DNA from: Perkinsela sp. CCAP 1560/9
Taxonomy: Eukaryota > Protista > Euglenozoa: Kinetoplastea
Direction: 5' to 3'
DNA: 55,884 bases
NCBI GenBank assembly: GCA_965644495.1
Contig: CBFFSA010000050.1
Coordinates: forward strand, 1 to 55,884
Positions 55,430-55,884 of this stretch are shown piece by piece. The translations under genes and the position numbers were made by a program. The notes under the pieces are model-generated. The model searched no databases. It was given only the letters and a program-made list of their open reading frames with translations, and was not told the origin of the DNA. Positions within the stretch are counted from its first letter, which is position 1. The number at the start of each line of letters is the position of its first letter.

Positions 55430-55884
55430 CTATCTACCCACGTGCACCCATCGTGTACCATCTGAAACTCCTTCACCCACAAAACATCCTTCGCCAACGA
55501 AAAATCCGTTACCCCTTGAAACGCATTCACCCACGACACATCCTTTGCCCACTAAAGAGCCTTTACAGCCCGCACGACGTTTATCCACGGCAAATCCCTT
55601 CCCCACTCCAACTCCTCCACCCACCCAAAACCCTTCACCCCCTACAAATCCCTCACCCCCTAAACCCCCTACGCCCACTCCCACTCCCAGCACCCCCACC
55701 TCCCGTCCTCATCCTACACCCCCACTACACCGTACCCCCCCTCCCCCTCCTCCTTCTCCTCCTATCTTCACACACCCACCTTCCTCTTCCTCTTCCTCCT
55801 CCTCCTCCCACCCCTCTAACACCATCCGTTCCTCCAGGACTACCCCCTTCCCCTCCTCCTCCTCCTCCTCCTCTTCCCCCCACC
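55430..55884 (+). other. C-rich, G-depleted skew tract running off the window end
   Basis: Progressive loss of G and gain of C on the + strand, ending in CCT/CCC runs. Confidence 0.7.

Noticed and set aside
1-55884. Bacterial or giant-virus origin of the whole window
   Set aside because: PIG-B, RPC25, Hikeshi-like and ATPEG4-like genes and eukaryotic TE superfamilies indicate a protist nuclear chromosome; no operon or viral core-gene signal

Overview
Eukaryotic, almost certainly euglenozoan/kinetoplastid-type DNA. The host genes are intronless and all on the + strand, as in a polycistronic cluster, and one 60-aa ORF closely resembles the euglenozoan ATP synthase subunit ATPEG4. Host genes: UDP-glucose dehydrogenase, Pol III subunit RPC25, ATPEG4-like, Hikeshi-like, PIG-B, a histidine phosphatase, a disrupted LRR gene and several hypotheticals. 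They sit as islands among dense nested DNA-transposon clusters covering roughly two thirds of the window by eye: IS630/Tc1 (DD32E, DD35E and a 700-aa DD41E form), PIF/Harbinger-like, hAT, Merlin, pogo-like MITEs and RLE-type non-LTR retrotransposon remnants. Four highlights: (1) an intact IS30-family transposase (a prokaryotic IS family) in its own element with TIRs, a 3-bp TSD and subterminal tandem arrays, nested inside eukaryotic transposons, plus a second, decayed IS30 element; (2) sharp local C-rich to G-rich strand-skew flips centred inside host genes, strong enough to remodel the RPC25 protein; (3) a non-coding, TSD-less, highly structured mobile element with compensatory base changes that disrupted the LRR gene; (4) a multi-layer transposon nest holding an intact chimeric 700-aa Tc1-like transposase. 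All calls are by eye, without database searches.
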